This document shows positions 61,817 through 64,000 of a stretch of DNA of 64,000 nucleotides, in pieces. The notes beneath the pieces are model-generated. The model searched no databases and was not told where the DNA came from. It worked only from the letters and a program-made list of their open reading frames with translations. Every line of letters begins with the position of its first letter. Positions within the stretch are counted from its first letter, which is position 1. This stretch comes from Acidobacteriota bacterium. Lineage in GTDB: Bacteria; Acidobacteriota; CAIWXX01. A program made the position numbers and the translations under genes. The stretch is from assembly GCA_040755995.1 (NCBI GenBank), contig JBFMAF010000037.1:96001-160000 (forward strand), in the 5' to 3' direction.

Positions 61817-61832
61817 TGGCACGCTACCTGCT
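61817..61832 (+). promoter_or_regulatory. sigma54 (-24/-12) promoter
   Basis: TGGCACG-CTAC-CTGCT, ending 36 nt before the ATG, which has an AGGAGG RBS. Confidence 0.6.
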
Positions 61833-61868
61833 ATTGCCTGGTCAGCTGTCTCAACAAGGAGGAACTGC

Positions 61869-62498
61869 ATGGTGCCATATCTCGTGGCCGGAATGCTGAT
61901 GGCGGCGTGCGCGGCGTGGAGTTCTGTTGGAGCGCAGGAGGTTCTGGGAGGGAGCAATGACTACTTCCCCTTGGCGGTGGGAAACCAGTGGACCTACATC
62001 GTGAGGGATGCGGACGGAGGGGAGCGGAGCGTCGAGGTCTGTGTCGAGAGCAGATGGGGAGGAAGCTACGGTAGGCCGCCATATTGCTTGCTGCTGCACT
62101 ACAACGGAGCTGCCCACTGGGTGTGCGCGACACCCACCGGAAAGATATACGAGTATCCCGCGCGAATGTGGTACTGCCCGCGGGCGAGTGCCGGGACATC
62201 CTGGACCATGGACATTCAGGGCGCTCCGGGTGGCCGCATACTCTGTACAGATGGCGCGACACTGGAGATCAAGAGTCGGGACGAATCGGTGAGCGTTCCT
62301 GCTGGCGACTTCACTGCGGTCCACATTCAATTCACCACAGGGTGTTATGACGGCGGCATCACTGGCGAGTGGTTCGCGCCTGGCGTCGGGCTCGTCAAAC
62401 GGATCGAAACCAGCTTCCTCGGTCCGGTGACATGGGAGCTGATCAGCGCCCGGATAGACGGACGAGAGATACCCGGCACGCGCCCCTCCTCGCCCTGA
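61869..62498 (+). CDS. Secreted beta-rich hypothetical protein (YFPL.VGN.W.Y / WFAPGVGLVK family)
   Basis: Signal peptide; YFPLAVGNQWTY, VSVPAGDF, WFAPGVGLVK. Confidence 0.75.
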   Translation: MVPYLVAGMLMAACAAWSSVGAQEVLGGSNDYFPLAVGNQWTYIVRDADGGERSVEVCVESRWGGSYGRPPYCLLLHYNGAAHWVCATPTGKIYEYPARMWYCPRASAGTSWTMDIQGAPGGRILCTDGATLEIKSRDESVSVPAGDFTAVHIQFTTGCYDGGITGEWFAPGVGLVKRIETSFLGPVTWELISARIDGREIPGTRPSSP

Positions 62499-62676
62499 TC
62501 GGGTCGCCGCGATTCCATGCAGCCACATCATGCCGATGGCTCTCCAGTTGCGCCCGTCCACGCCGGGCTGCCTGGACCGCCGCACGAGAATCACGACGCC
62601 ACTCAGGATGCACTGATAATGAGGGTGCCGGATCTCGACAAGATGAATGATCCGGCCAGACGGCGGGGGCCTGATC

Positions 62677-64000
62677 TCAGTCTCCTTTGGGCCGTGAACG
62701 CCACGGGTGGAGGAGTATCGCAGAAAGGAGTAGTCCGCCCATGGCGAGCCACCAGCCGTGGCGCTGCCATCTCGGCAGGCCGATGAGTGCGATCGTCCTG
62801 TCAGCATCGCCGACGATGATGAACGCAGCCCAATCCCGCGGCTGCACTCCGGGCGTGGAATGCAGAAGACTCAACTTGGCCGAACACAGGGCGCGCGCAG
62901 GGGTCATCCCTTCAGTAATCCGGCGATAGAAGCATTCCATGAGCCGTGCCGATTGGAGGTCATCGACCCTCCAGAGACTGGCCACGACGGACCTCGCCCC
63001 GGCGTAGATGAATGCGCGCGCGAGGCTCTGCGCTCCTTCGCCGTCGAGAAGGCGCCCGCGCGCCGTCTGGCATGCCGACATTACCACCAATTCCGAGGGT
63101 ACCCGTCGCGCGTAGATCTCGTCGGCGACGAGCAGCCCATCTTCGCCCGGGCCCGATGCCAGGAGCAATCCCGCACGGCTTCCTCGGTGTTCGTCGATAA
63201 ATCCGTGCGTCGCGAAATGCACGACGCGTGCTCCATTGCTCATGATGCTCTTGACGCGCGCCTCCCGCGCCTCGCCTCCTACGAGAACTGTCGCGCCGTT
63301 CCCCGCGTACTTCGCGGCCCTCCTCGCTTCCACTTCCGCGTAAGGGATCGGCACGAGCAGGGCGGGATCTTCTGCGAGCACGGCTCTAACCGATTCAGAG
63401 CCGCTCCGTCCAGGTGCCTTCAGAGTCGGGTTCGCGACGACCAGCATGACGGTCGGCCATTTCGTACTCTGCGGGGTCCGACGGAGCTCGGACCAGACGG
63501 TCACCGAGGGGAGATAGGATACGGTGTAGTCCTCGATCAGGAACGATGGTCCGTCGCTGCTGCCTGCTGCGCCGCCGGTGATCAGCGCCTCGAATGGCAG
63601 GCTGTTGAGCGCGCCGTCCGGGAGCACGATCAAGCGGCGAATGCGCGATGGGAGCCACGTCCGCAGCGGGGCGATGAGGTCTCTGTAAAGCCTTGACCCG
63701 ACGGCCTGCCAGCCGGAATCGCCCGCGGCTCCCAGAAGCTCAATGTAGTTGCGCACCCTCTCGGTCAACTCCTCCGGGTCGATACCGATGCGTCCGGCGC
63801 GCAGCCCCTGCCTCGTCACGACAAACGCGTACACTGATTCGGTCGTGATCGCGTAGGCGACCAGCGCTGTCTGAGAGTCGAGCATTGACCGGACCTGCGG
63901 CAACCGTAGGGGCACTGCAGATGCAGGCGGCACCTCAGTTCCGCTGCGGGCGGCGGCGAGAGCATCGGCCATGGTCCGGGCTCGCGCGCGCTCAAGCAGT
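62677..64000 (-). CDS. CHAT-domain (caspase/HetF-like) protein, C-terminal part
   Basis: LPDGALNSLPFEAL, VHFATHG, VMSACQT, VASLWRVDD, WAAF; C-terminal TM segment; 5' end lies outside the window. Confidence 0.9.
   Translation of the reverse strand, partial: LLERARARTMADALAAARSGTEVPPASAVPLRLPQVRSMLDSQTALVAYAITTESVYAFVVTRQGLRAGRIGIDPEELTERVRNYIELLGAAGDSGWQAVGSRLYRDLIAPLRTWLPSRIRRLIVLPDGALNSLPFEALITGGAAGSSDGPSFLIEDYTVSYLPSVTVWSELRRTPQSTKWPTVMLVVANPTLKAPGRSGSESVRAVLAEDPALLVPIPYAEVEARRAAKYAGNGATVLVGGEAREARVKSIMSNGARVVHFATHGFIDEHRGSRAGLLLASGPGEDGLLVADEIYARRVPSELVVMSACQTARGRLLDGEGAQSLARAFIYAGARSVVASLWRVDDLQSARLMECFYRRITEGMTPARALCSAKLSLLHSTPGVQPRDWAAFIIVGDADRTIALIGLPRWQRHGWWLAMGGLLLSAILLHPWRSRPKGD

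Noticed and set aside
1..64000. CRISPR array, tRNA, rRNA, IS elements
   Set aside because: No regularly spaced repeats, cloverleaf/rRNA signatures or transposase motifs recognised by eye; a covariance-model search was not possible.

Overview
High-GC bacterial chromosome segment from a diderm (TonB-dependent receptors, TonB, lipoproteins). It is probably an anaerobic sulfite/sulfate reducer because it carries a complete dsrT-dsrMKJOP operon; an Acidobacteriota-like host is only a guess from gene content. Left to right: a NarL-type regulator (partial) and a GyrI-like gene; an uncharacterised, tightly coupled 4-gene operon (stand-alone beta-propeller, multi-pass membrane protein, 1330-aa coiled-coil protein, FHA-GYF-double zinc ribbon protein); a secreted S74-chaperone fibre protein; a decayed DUF4062-NACHT/STAND gene followed by a start-less chimeric cassette built from diverged copies of two neighbouring genes; a Cys-rich PAS-GAF hybrid kinase; an Fe3+-type ABC importer plus TonB receptor; an arsenic/redox island (arsR-acr3-fused arsC, arsF-arsG-arsP-trx-arsR-trx); a MazF pair and gene debris; an SMS-type sufC/sufB pair; a TonB receptor-YfiR-hybrid kinase module; an MNT-HEPN pair; lipoprotein/TonB/SpoIID genes; dsrTMKJOP; a surface-glycan operon containing two hollowed-out minigenes; GH18, an FAD oxidase, a sigma54-driven secreted protein and a partial CHAT protease. 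I saw no rRNA, tRNA, CRISPR array, transposase or integrase. All family calls come from motif recognition by eye, not database searches. The best candidate for an undescribed system is the 1432-9069 operon with its linked STAND/orphan-cassette neighbourhood.
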